DNA of 64,000 nt from Eledone cirrhosa (Eukaryota), in the NCBI GenBank assembly GCA_964016885.1, contig CAXHJY010000442.1:1-64000 (forward strand). The letters are read 5' to 3'. Shown here piece by piece: positions 43,701 to 54,646 of the stretch. The position numbers and the translations under genes are program-made. The notes beneath the pieces are model-generated. The model saw only the letters and a program-made list of their open reading frames with translations. It ran no database searches and had not been told where the DNA came from. Positions within the stretch are counted from its first letter, which is position 1, and the number at the start of each line of letters is the position of its first letter.

Positions 43701-46700
43701 AATTCATAAAATTCCCAACATTCCTAAAATTCCTAAAATTTATAATTCATAAAATTCCTAAAATTCATAAAATTTATAAAATTCCTAAAATTACTAAAAT
43801 TCGTAAAATTCCTAAAATTCCTAAAATTCCAGAAAATTCCTCAAATTCCAAAAATTCATAAAATTAATAAAATTCCTAAAATTCAAAAAGTTCATAAAAT
43901 TCCTAAGATTCCTAAAATTCCTAAAATTCCAAAAATTCCTAAAATTCATAAAATTCCAAAAATTTCTAAAATTCCTAAATTTCATAACATTTCTAAAATT
44001 CATAAAATTCATAAAATTCCAAAATTCCTAAAATTCCTAACATTCATAAAATTCCAAAAATTCATAAAAAATCCTAAAATTCATAAAATTCATAAAATTC
44101 ATAAAATTCATAAAATTCATAACATTCATAAAATTCCTAAAATTCCTAAAATTCCTATAAATTCCTAAAATTCCTAAAATTCTTAATATTCCTAAAATTC
44201 CTAATATTTATAAAATTCCTAAAATTCCTAAAATTCCTAAAAATACATAAAATTCCGAAAATTCAAAAAAATTCCCTCAAAATTCCTAAAATTCTTAAAA
44301 TTCATAAAATTCCTAAAATTCCAAAAATTCCTAAAATTCCTAAAATTCCTAAAATTCCTAAAATTCCTAAAAATACATAAAATTCCGAAAATTCAAAAAA
44401 ATTCCTCAAAATTCCTAAAATTCCAAAAATTCATAAAATTCATAAAAATTCATAAAATTCCTAAAATACCTAAAAATTCATAAAATTCCGAAAATTCCAA
44501 AAAATTCCTAAAATTCCTAAAATTCCTAAAATTCCAAAAATTCATAAAATTCATAAAATTCCTAAAATTCATAAAATTCCTAAGATTCCTAAAATTCATA
44601 AAATTCATAAAATTCATATAAATCATAAATTCATAAAATTCATAAAATTCATAAAATTCATAAAATTCATAAAATTCCTCAAATACATAAAAATTCCTAA
44701 AATTCCTAAAATTCCTAAAATTCAAAAAATTCCTAAAATTCCTAAAATTCCAAAATTCCTAAAATTCCTAAAATTCCTAAAATTCCCAAAATTCCAAAAA
44801 TTCCTAAAATTCCTAAATTTCATAACATTTCTAAAATTCATAAAATTCATAAAATTCCAAAAATTCCTAAAAGTCCTAACATTCATAAAATTCCAAAAAT
44901 TCATAAAAATCCTAAAATTCATAAAATTCATAAAATTCCTAAAATTCCTAAAATTCATAACATTCATAAAATTCCTAAAATTCCTAAAATTCCTAAAAAT
45001 TTATAAAATTCCTAAAATTCCTAAAATTCCTAAAAATACATAATATTCCGAAAATTCATAAAATTCATAAAATTTATAAAATTCCTAAAATTAAAATTCG
45101 TAAAATTGTAAAATTCATAAAATTCATAAAATTCCTAAAATTCATAAAAATTCATAAAAATCCTAAAATTTATATAATTCATAAAATTCAGAAAATTCCT
45201 AAAAATTCAAAAAATTCAAAAAATTCAAAAAAATTGTTAAAATTCCTAAAATTCATAGAAATTCCTAAAATTCCTAAAATTCCTAAAATTCCTAAAATTC
45301 CTAAAATTCATAACATTTCTAAAATTCGTAAAATTCATAAAATTCATAAAATTCATAAAATTCCTAAAATTCCTAAAATTCCTAAAATCCAAAAATTCAT
45401 AAAAATCCTAAAATTCCTAAAATTCATAAAATTCATAAAATTAATAACATTCATAAAATTCCTAAAATTCCTAAAAATTCATAAAATTCCGAAAATTCCA
45501 AAAAATTCCTAAAATTCCTAAAATTCTTAAAATTCCTAAAATTACTAAAATTCCTAAAATTCCTAAATTCCTAAAATTCCTAAATTAATAAAATTCCTAA
45601 AATTCCTAAAATGACTAAAATTCGTAAAATTGTAAAATTCCTAAAATTCCTAAAATTCCTAAAATTCCTAAAAATTCCTAAAATTACGAAAATTCGGAAA
45701 AATTCCTAAAATCCTAAAATTCCTAAAATTCCTAAAATTCCTAAAAATACATAAAATTCCGAAAATTCAAATAAATTCCTCAAAATTCCTAAAATTCCAA
45801 AAATTCATATAATTCATAAATTCCTAAAATTCCTAAAATTCATAAAATCATAAAATTCATAAAATTCCTCAAATACATAAAAATTCCTAAAATTCCTAAA
45901 ATTCCAAAATTCCTAAAATTCCTAAAATTCCTAAAATTCCAAAAATTCCAAAAATTTCTAAAATTCCTAAATTTCATAACATTTCTAAAATTCATAACAT
46001 TCATAAAATTCCAAAAATTCATAAAAATCCTAAAATTCATAAAATTCATAAAATTCATAAAATTCATAAAATTCATAACATTCATAAAATTCCTAAAATT
46101 CCTAAAATTCCTAAAAATTCCTAAAATTCCTAAAATTCTTAAAATTCATAAAATTCCTAAAATTCCAAAAATTCCTAAAATTCCTAAAATTCCTAAAATT
46201 CCTAAAATTCCTAAAAATACATAAAATTCCGAAAATCCAAAAAAATTCCTCAAAATTCCTAAAATTCCAAAAATTCATAAAATTCATAAACATTCATCAA
46301 ATTCCTAAAATACCTAAAAATTCATAAAATTCCGAAAATTCCTAAAATTCCTATAATTCCTAAAATTCCTAAAAATTCATAAAATTACGAAAATTCGGAA
46401 AAATTCCTAAAATTTCTAAAATTCCTAAAATTCCTAAAATTCCTAAAAAAACATAAAATTCCGAAAATTCCAAAAATTCATATAATTCATAAAATTCCTA
46501 AAATTCATAAAATTCATAAAATTCATAAAATTCATAAAATTCCTCAAATACAAAAAAATTCCTAAAATTCCTAAAATTCCTAAAATTCAAAAAATTCCTA
46601 AAATTCCTAAAATTCCAAAATTCCTAAAATTCCTAAAATTCCTAAAATTCCCAAAATTCCAAAAATTCCTAAAATTCCTAAATTTCATGACATTTCTAAA

Positions 46701-49700
46701 ATTCATAAAATTCATAAAATTCCAAAAATTCCTAAAATTCCTAACATTCATAAAATTCCAAAAATTCATAAAAATCCTAAAATTCATAAAATTCCTAAAA
46801 TTCATAAAATTCATAAAATTCATAACATTCATAAAATTCATAAAATTCCTAAAATTCTTAAAATTCCTAAAATTACTAAAATTCCTAAAATTCCTATCCT
46901 AAAATTCCTAAAATTCCTAAATTCATAAAATTCCTCAAATACATAAAAATTCCTAAAATTCCTAAAATTACTAAAATTCGTAAAATTGTAAAATTCCTAA
47001 AATTCCTAAAATTCCTAAAATTCCTAAAAATTGATAAAATTACGAAAATTCGGAAAAATTCCAAAAATTCCTAAAATTCCTAAAATTCCTAAAATTCCTA
47101 AAAATACATAAAATTCCGAAAATTCAAAAAAATTCCTCAAAACTCCTAAAATTCCAAAAATTCATATAATTCATAAAATTCCTAAAATTACTAAAATTCA
47201 TAAAATTCATAAAATTCATAAAATTCCTCAAATACATAAAAATTACTAAAATTCCTAAAATTCCTAAATTTAAAAAAAATTCCTAAAATTCCTAAAATTC
47301 CAAAATTCCTAAAATTCCTAAAATTCCTAAAATTCTCAAAATTCCAAAAATTCCTAAAATTCCTAAATTTCATAACATTTCTAAAATTCATAAAATTCAT
47401 AAAATTCCTAACATTCATAAAATTCCAAAAATTCATAAAAATCCTAAAATTCATAAAATTCATAAAATTCCTAAAATTCATAACATTCATAAAATTCCTA
47501 AAATTCCTAAAATTCCTAAAAATTCCTAAAATTCCTAAAATTCTTAATATTCCTAAAATTCCTAATATTTATAAAATTCCTAACATTCCTAAAATTCCTA
47601 AAAATACATAAAATTCCGAAAATTCAAAAAAATTCCCTCAAAATTCCTAAAATTCTTAAAATTCATAAAATTCCTAAAATTCCAAAAATTCCTAAAATTC
47701 CTAAAATTCCTAAAATTCCTAAAATTCCTAAAAATACATAAAATTCCGAAAATTCAAAAAAATTCCTCAAAATTCCTAAAATTCCAAAATTCATAAAATT
47801 CATAAAAATTCATAAAATTCCTAAAATACCTAAAAATTCATAAAATTCCTAAAATTCCTAAAATTCCTAAAATTCCTAAGATTCCTAAAATTCCTAAAAT
47901 TTATATAATTCAGAAAATTCAGAAAATTCGTAAAAATTCATAAAATTCAAAAAATTCAAAAATATTCCTAAAATTCCTAAAATTCTTAAAATTCCTAAAA
48001 TTCCTCAAATTCCTCAAATTCCTAAAATTCATAAAATTTCTAAAATTCATAAAATTCATAAAATTCATAAATTCCAAAAATTCCTAAAATTCCTAAAATT
48101 CCTAAAGTTCCATAAATTCATAAAAATCCTAAAATTCCTAAAATTCATAAAATTCATAAAATTCATAACATTCATAAAATTCCTAAAATTCATAAAATTC
48201 CTAAAAATTCCTAAAATTCCTAAAATTCCTAAAAATACATAAAAAAACGGAAATTCAAAAAATTCCTCGAAATTCCTAAAATTCTTAAAATTCCTAAAAT
48301 TCCTAAAATTCCAAAAATTCCTAAAATTCCTAAAATTCATAAAATTCATAAAATTCATAAAATTCATAACATTTCTAAAATTCATAAAATTCATAAAATT
48401 CCAAAAATTCCTAAAATTCCTAACATTCATAAAATTCCAAAAATTCATAAAAATCCTAAAATTCATAAAATTCATAAAATTCCTAAAATTCATAACATTC
48501 ATAAAATTCCTAAAATTCATAAAATTCCTAAAAATTCCTAAAATTCCTAAAATTCTTAATATTCCTAAAATTCCTAATATTTATAAAATTCCTAAAATTC
48601 CTAAAATTCCTAAAAATACATAAAATTCCGAAAATTCAAAAAAATTCCCTGAAAATTCCTAAAATTCTTAAAATTCATAAAATTCCTAAATTGCCAAAAA
48701 TTCCTAAAATTCATAAAATTCCGAAAATTCCTAAAATTCCTAAAAATACATAAAATCCCGAAAATTCAAAAAAATTCCTCAAAATTCCTAAAATTCCTAA
48801 AATTCCTGAAATTCCTAAAATTCATAAAATTTATAAAATTCCTAACATTAAAATTCGTAAAATTGTAAAATTCATAAAATTCATAAAATTCCTAAAATTC
48901 ATAAAAATTCATAAAATTCTTAAAATTCATAAAATTCCTAAAATTCCAAAAATTCCTAAAATTCCTAAAATTCCTAAAATTCCTAAAATTCCTAAAAATA
49001 CATAAAATTCCGAAAATTCAAAAAAATTCCTCAAAATTCCTAAAATTCCAAATATTCCTAAAATTCCTAAGATTCCTAAAATTCCTAAAATTTATATAAT
49101 TCATAAAATTCATAAAATTCCTAAAAATTCATAAAATTCAAAAAATTCAAAAAAATTGTTAAAATTCCTAAAATTCATAGAAATTCCTAAAATTCCTAAA
49201 ATTCCTAAAATTCATAAAATTCCTAAAATTCATAACATTTCTAAAATTCGTAAAATTCATAAAATTCATAAAATTCATAAAATTCATAAAATTCCTAAAA
49301 TTCCTAAAATTCCAAAAATTCATAAAAATCCTAAAATTCCTAAAATTCATAAAATTCATAAAATTAATAACATTCATAAAATTCCTAAAATTCCTAAAAA
49401 TTCATAAAATTCCGAAAATTCCAAAAAATTCCTAAAATTCCTAAAATTCTTAAAATTCCTAAAATTCCTAAAATTCCTAAAATTCCTAAAATTCCTAAAT
49501 TAATAAAATTCCTAAAATTCCTAAAATGACTAAAATTCGTAAAATTGTAAAATTCCTAAAATTCCTAAAATTCCTAAAATTCCTAAAAATTCCTAAAATT
49601 ACGAAAATTCGGAAAAATTCCTAAAATTCCTAAAATTCCTAAAATTCCTAAAATTCCTAAAAATACATAAAATTCCGAAAATTCAAAAAAATTCCTCAAA

Positions 49701-49920
49701 ATTCCTAAAATTCCAAAAATTCATATAATTCATAAAATTCCTAAAATTCATAAAATTCATAAAATTCATAAAATTCATAAAATTCCTCAAATACATAAAA
49801 ATTCCTAAAATTCCTAAAATTCCAAAATTCCTAAAATTCCTAAAATTCCTAAAATTCCAAAAATTCCAAAAATTTCTAAAATTCCTAAATTTCATAACAT
49901 TTCTAAAATTCATAAAATTC
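37490..49920. repeat. Tandem higher-order duplication of about 6.2 kb (37490-43700 ~ 43690-49920)
   Basis: 'attcccaaca' occurs at 37511 and 43711. ORF pairs are 37621/43821, 38523/44722, 39035/45234, 41852/48065, 42943/49156 and 43470/49683. The markers 'cctatcct' and 'aaaacggaaa' are each present in both copies. Confidence 0.9.
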
Positions 49921-50785
49921 ATAAAATTCCAAAAATTCCTAAAATTCCTAACATTCATAAAATTCCAAAAATTCATAAAAATCCTAAAATTCATAAAATT
50001 CATAAAATTCATAAAATTCATAAAATTCATAACATTCATAAAATTCCTAAAATTCCTAAAATTCCTAAAAATTCCTAAAATTCCTAAAATTCTTAATATT
50101 CCTAAAATTCCTAATATTTATAAAATTCCTAATATTCCTAAAATTCCTAAAAATACATAAAATTCCGAAAATTCAAAAAAATTCCCTCAAAATTCCTAAA
50201 ATTCTTAAAATTCATAAAATTCCTAAAATTCCAAAAATTCCTAAAATTCCTAAAATTCCTAAAATTCCTAAAATTCCTAAAAATACATAAAATTCCGAAA
50301 ATCCAAAAAAATTCCTCAAAATTCCTAAAATTCCAAAAATTCATAAAATTCATAAACATTCATAAAATTCCTAAAATACCTAAAAATTCATAAAATTCCG
50401 AAAATTCCTAAAATTCCTATAATTCCTAAAATTCCTAAAAATTCATAAAATTACGAAAATTCGGAAAAATTCCTAAAATTCCTAAAATTCCTAAAATTCC
50501 TAAAATTCCTAAAAATACATAAAATTCCGAAAATTCCAAAAATTCATATAATTCATAAAATTCCTAAAATTCATAAAATTCATAAAATTCATAAAATTCA
50601 TAAAATTCCTCAAATACAAAAAAATTCCTAAAATTCCTAAAATTCCTAAAATTCAAAAAATTCCTAAAATTCCTAAAATTCCAAAATTCCTAAAATTCCT
50701 AAAATTCCTAAAATTCCCAAAATTCCAAAAATTCCTAAAATTCCTAAATTTCATGACATTCCTAAAATTCATAAAATTCATAAAA

Positions 50786-52357
50786 CCATTAAAAAACACC
50801 ATTAAAACGGCATTGAAAACCCATTATAAAAAATTAAAGGGTCCGTAAAAAACACCATTATAAATCCATTAAAAACCTAATTGAAAAACCCATTAAAACT
50901 CAATTTTTAAACTAGATTAAAAACGCAATTAAAAACGCAATTAAAAGCTCAATGAAAAACCATTAAAAACACCATTAAAAACTCTAAAAAAAAGAGCACT
51001 AGCCATTAAAACTCCATTAAAACCCATTGAAAGCTACTACCCCCATTAAACCCCATTAAAATTGCATTAAACACATTACACATCCATTAAAGCCCATTAG
51101 AAGGACCATCAAATATTTAAATTTAAACTAAATCAGAAACTCGCTTAAAACACCATTAAAAACACATTAAAATGTCACTAATACCATTAACAACCACACC
51201 AAAAACTCCATTAATATACCATTAAAAACAGCATTGAAAACCCATAAAATCCCAAGTAAAGATCTTTTAAAAAACTACATTAAAAACCCAATTAAAAAAC
51301 CCATTAAAACGCCATAAAAGTCATTAAAACGTCATTTAAAGTACCATTAAAAACGTCACTAGAAACCCAATTAAAAATACATTAAAAATTCCATTTGAAA
51401 CCATATTAAAAATTTCATTAAATGCAATATTGAAAAACCCATTAAAAACACCAGTGAAAACTCATATAAATACTCAATTAAAAAACCAATTAAAAATCCT
51501 ATTTAAACGTCACTAAAACACCATAAAAAACACAATTAAAACGTCATTAAAACACCATTAAACTATCATTAAAAATTACATTGAAAACACCATTAAAAAT
51601 TCAATTAAAACCCCATTAAAAATCCATTAAAAAGATCATCATGAACGCACTTAAACACCATCAAAAACGCATTAAAAATTAAATTAAAAAGCAATTAATT
51701 TTTTTTATCAAACCCCCATTAAAATTCCATTAAACACTCCATTAAAAACAACATTGAAAACCCCCATTAAAAGCTCATACAAAATTATATTAAAAACCCA
51801 ATAAAAAACAATTACAACGCCATTAAAACATCATAAAAACTCATTAAAATGTCATTTAAAATGCCATTAAAACCCTCACGGGGGGAAACGCAATTAAAAA
51901 CACCATTAGAAATTTCATTAAAAACTCCATTAAAAATCATATTTAAAGTCAATTAGAACCCTTATTATAAATTCCATTAAAACCCATTAAGTATCCAATT
52001 GAAAAATCCATTAAGAGCTCATTAAAAATACTCCATTAAAAACCCAATTAAAAATCATTAAAACGCATTTAAACACCATAAAAACACAATTAAAACGCCA
52101 TTAAAAACTCCATTAAAACATCCTTGAATCTATTAAAAATTTCATTAAAAACGCAATCAAAAATTCCATTAAAAACCCATTTAAAAACTCATAAACAACA
52201 CCATTGAAAACCCAATTAAAAACTCCATAAAAAACCCATTAAACACCATCGAAAATCCCATTAAAACACCATTAAAAAGCCATTAAAACCCAATTTTAAA
52301 CGCAATTAAAAACTGAATTAAAACACTATTAAAAACTCATAAAAAAAGGCTCATAAA
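50786..52357 (+). repeat. Degenerate 10-12-bp A-tract repeat (CCATTAAAA(A)/CAATTAAAAA type), C/A-rich orientation
   Basis: Recurrent units such as aaaacaccatt, aaaaactccatt, aaaaacgcaatt and aaaacccatt, much more diverged than the 9-bp array. Confidence 0.92.
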
Positions 52358-52819
52358 TAATGGGGTTTTCAATTGTTTTTTATGAAATTTATAATATGGC
52401 TTTTAATGAACTTTTTAATGGGCTTTTAGTGGAGTTTTTAATGGATTTTTATGGAATTTTTAATGACATTATTAATGGTTTTTTAATTGGGCTTTTTGTG
52501 ATGTTTTAATGGCGTTTTTATGACATTTTATTGTGTTTTGTGGCGTTTTAATGGCGTTTTAATTGGTTTGTTATTGGGTTTTTAATAGAGTTTTATGAAC
52601 TTTTAATATGGGGTTAATGGGTTTTGAATGTGTTTTCAATGGAACTTTTAATTGAGTTTTTAATGAAATTTCTAATGGGATGTGTAATTGAATTTTTAAT
52701 TGGTTTTTAATGGGTTTAGTGGGTTTATAGTGGAGTTTTTAATGGTGTTTTAATGGTGCTTCGATTGAGTTTTTAATTGAGTTTTTAATTGAGTTTTTAC
52801 TGAGTTTTTAATTGAGTTC
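52358..52819 (-). repeat. Same degenerate repeat in inverted orientation (TTTTAATGG/TTTTTAATTG), ending in about 4 copies of ATTGAGTTTTTA
   Basis: Strand switch at ...ctcataaa|taatggggtttt. 12-mer copies start at 52764, 52776 and 52788, with a variant at 52800. Confidence 0.92.
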
Positions 52820-53162
52820 TTATTTTATTTTATTTTATTTATTTTTTATATTTAATTTTTTTTTATTTTTTTTTATTTTATTTTATTTTTATTTATTTTA
52901 TTTTATTTTATTTTATTTTATTTTATTTTATTTATTTTATTTTATTTTATTTATATTTTTTAGTTTTTTTTATTTTATTTTATTTTATTTTTTTTATTTT
53001 ATTTTATTTTATTTTATTTTATTTTATTTTATTTTATTTTATTTAATTTTATTTTATTTTTTATTTTATTTTATTTTATTTTATTTTATTTTATTTTATT
53101 TTATTTTATTTTATTTTATTTTATTTTATTTTATATTATTTTATTTTATTTCATTTTATTTT
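52820..53162. repeat. (TTTTA)n pentanucleotide microsatellite, imperfect
   Basis: About 340 bp of TTTTA/TTTA/TTTTTA units. Confidence 0.97.
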
Positions 53163-53222
53163 ATTGAGTTTTTAATTTAGTTTATAATTTAGTTTATAAC
53201 TTAGTTTATAATTTAGTTTATT
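53163..53222. repeat. 12-bp tandem: ATTGAGTTTTTA followed by four copies of ATTTAGTTTATA
   Basis: Units start at 53163, 53175, 53187, 53199 and 53211. Confidence 0.9.
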
Positions 53223-53224
53223 TC

Positions 53225-53354
53225 TCCCTCTTCTCCCCCTACTGTCCTCTACAGCCAGATCTGCCTTTCTTTACCCATCCCAAGTCTCTTCCCTCTTCTC
53301 CCCCTACTGTCCTCTACAGCCTGATCTGCCTTTCTTTACCCCTCCCTAGTCTCT
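53225..53354. repeat. Pyrimidine-rich 65-bp tandem duplication (2 copies, 3 mismatches)
   Basis: TCCCTCTTCTCCCCCTACTGTCCTCTACAGCC(A/T)GATCTGCCTTTCTTTACCC(A/C)TCCC(A/T)AGTCTCT occurs at 53225 and 53290. Confidence 0.95.
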
Positions 53355-53467
53355 TCATTATTCAGTTTTGTTTTTATCTTTCTAAAACATCCTAGTTTTA
53401 ATGAAATTAAAAGGAAATAGCAATCGCTATAAGTGTGCAAGCCAGCATGTAACTTCATGTGTGTGTG

Positions 53468-54110
53468 TTTTTAATGGAGTTTTTAATTGAGTTTTAATGG
53501 AGTTTTAATTGAGTTTATAATGGAGATTTAAATGGAATTTTTAATTGAGTTTTAATGTAGTTTTAATGGTGTTTTATGCCGTTTTAATGGTATTTTAATG
53601 GGGTTTTTATTTGGTTTTTTATAAAGTTTTGGGTGCGCTTTTAATGGGGGTTTAATGGGTTTTCAGTGTAGTTTTTAATGACATTTTTAATGGTTTTCCA
53701 ATGGAACCTTAGTGGTGTGTTAATGCAATTTTAATTGGTTTAATGGGCTTTTAATTGTGTTTTTAATGGTGTTTTAATTGAGTTTTTAATTGCGTTTTAA
53801 TTGAGTTTTTATTTCGGTTTAAATTTGAGGTTTTAATGTCTTTTCGAGGGGGGGTTAATGGGGGTTTTAATGGAGTTTTAATGGGGACTTTTAATGGAAA
53901 CTTTAATTTTGTTTTAATTGGGTTTTTATGGGTTTCCAATGTGGTTTTTAATGGCGCTTTTATTGGCATTCTTAATGATGTTTTAATTGTGTTTTAATGG
54001 GGGGTTTGGTTGGGGTTTTAATGGAGTGTTTTATGAGCTTATAATGGGGTTTTTAATGGGTTTTTCAAAATAGATTTTTAATTGAATTTTTAATGTGGTT
54101 TTTAATGGGA
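53468..54110 (-). repeat. Second inverted block of the degenerate TTTTAATGG repeat
   Basis: ttttaatgg/ttttaattg units resume after a (GT)n run and end at tttaatggga|tttatata. Confidence 0.92.
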
Positions 54111-54112
54111 TT

Positions 54113-54159
<47 letters not shown>

Positions 54160-54222
54160 GTGTGTGTGTATATATATATATATAGTGTGTATGTATATAT
54201 ATATATATATATAGTGTGTGCG

Positions 54223-54252
<30 letters not shown>
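54113..54252. repeat. (TA)n microsatellite interrupted by (GT)n blocks
   Basis: Directly visible as three tatatagtgtgt(gt) modules within TA runs. Confidence 0.95.
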
Positions 54253-54254
<2 letters not shown>

Positions 54255-54646
54255 ACACAAATATTAGCATATACATATTTTCTTAGTAATTGAGGATGTG
54301 TTTTTTATACATACATATGCATATTGCATCCATACATACACACATACAAGCATATACATACACATACACACACATATATATACACACACTGTATATATAT
54401 ACATACACACACACACATATATATATATACACCACACACTATATATATATAGTATGTGTGTGTGTATATATATGTGTGTGTGTGTGTATGTATATATATA
54501 TATACAGTGTGTGTATATATATGTGTGTGTATGTCTATGTATATGCTTGTATGTGTGTATATATGTATGTATGCAATATGCATATGTATGTATAAAAACA
54601 CATCCTCAATGACTAAGAAATTATCTATATGCTAATATTTGTGTTA
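54253..54646. repeat. 394-bp near-perfect palindrome with no spacer; possible TA-flanked foldback/MITE-like element
   Basis: The left arm TAACACAAATATTAGCATATA...TTTCTTAGTAATTGAGGATGTGTTTTT is the reverse complement of the right arm AAAAACACATCCTCAATGACTAAGAAA...TATATGCTAATATTTGTGTTA. The centre is ACTATATATATATAGT (54438-54453). The palindrome is directly visible; its identity as a mobile element is inferred. Confidence 0.93.

Larger units (their letters stand above)
1..50785. repeat. Large 9-bp tandem satellite, consensus AAAATTC(C/A)T; minus strand TTTTAGGAA/TTTTATGAA; continues past the left edge of the window
   Basis: Continuous AAAATTCCT/AAAATTCAT units with minor variants (CCA, CCG, CAA, CTT, CGT, ACT, TAT, plus 8- and 10-bp units). 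Orientation is the same throughout and G is very rare on the + strand. The array ends abruptly at ...ttcataaaa|ccattaaa (50785). Confidence 0.99.

Noticed and set aside
268-50359. Dozens of ORFs encoding (NFR/NFM)n, (KFL/KFI)n, (KIP/KIH)n or (GIL)n
   Set aside because: They follow automatically from a 9-bp period with stop-free frames. They start and stop at 8- or 10-bp units, recur with the DNA duplications and show no domain-like sequence.
1-50785. G-quadruplex-forming telomeric DNA
   Set aside because: The minus strand has only GG doublets separated by 7 nt and frequently replaced by TG, so stable G4 is not supported.
52300-52420. Telomere-telomere fusion signature at the orientation switch
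   Set aside because: An end-to-end fusion reads G-rich then C-rich on one strand. Here the order is C-rich then G-rich, which is the opposite.
53225-53320. Polypyrimidine tract plus CAG resembling splice acceptors
   Set aside because: No plausible downstream exon, donor site or gene context is visible.
52812-53969. ORFs 52812-53180 (F/Y/I/L-rich) and 53763-53969
   Set aside because: They are translations of (TTTTA)n and of the degenerate A-tract repeat. The hydrophobicity is compositional and not evidence of a membrane protein.
54290-54612. Overlapping ORFs on both strands rich in Y/I/H/T/V/C
   Set aside because: They are translations of CA/TA/TG dinucleotide repeats, and the similar peptides on both strands simply reflect the palindrome.
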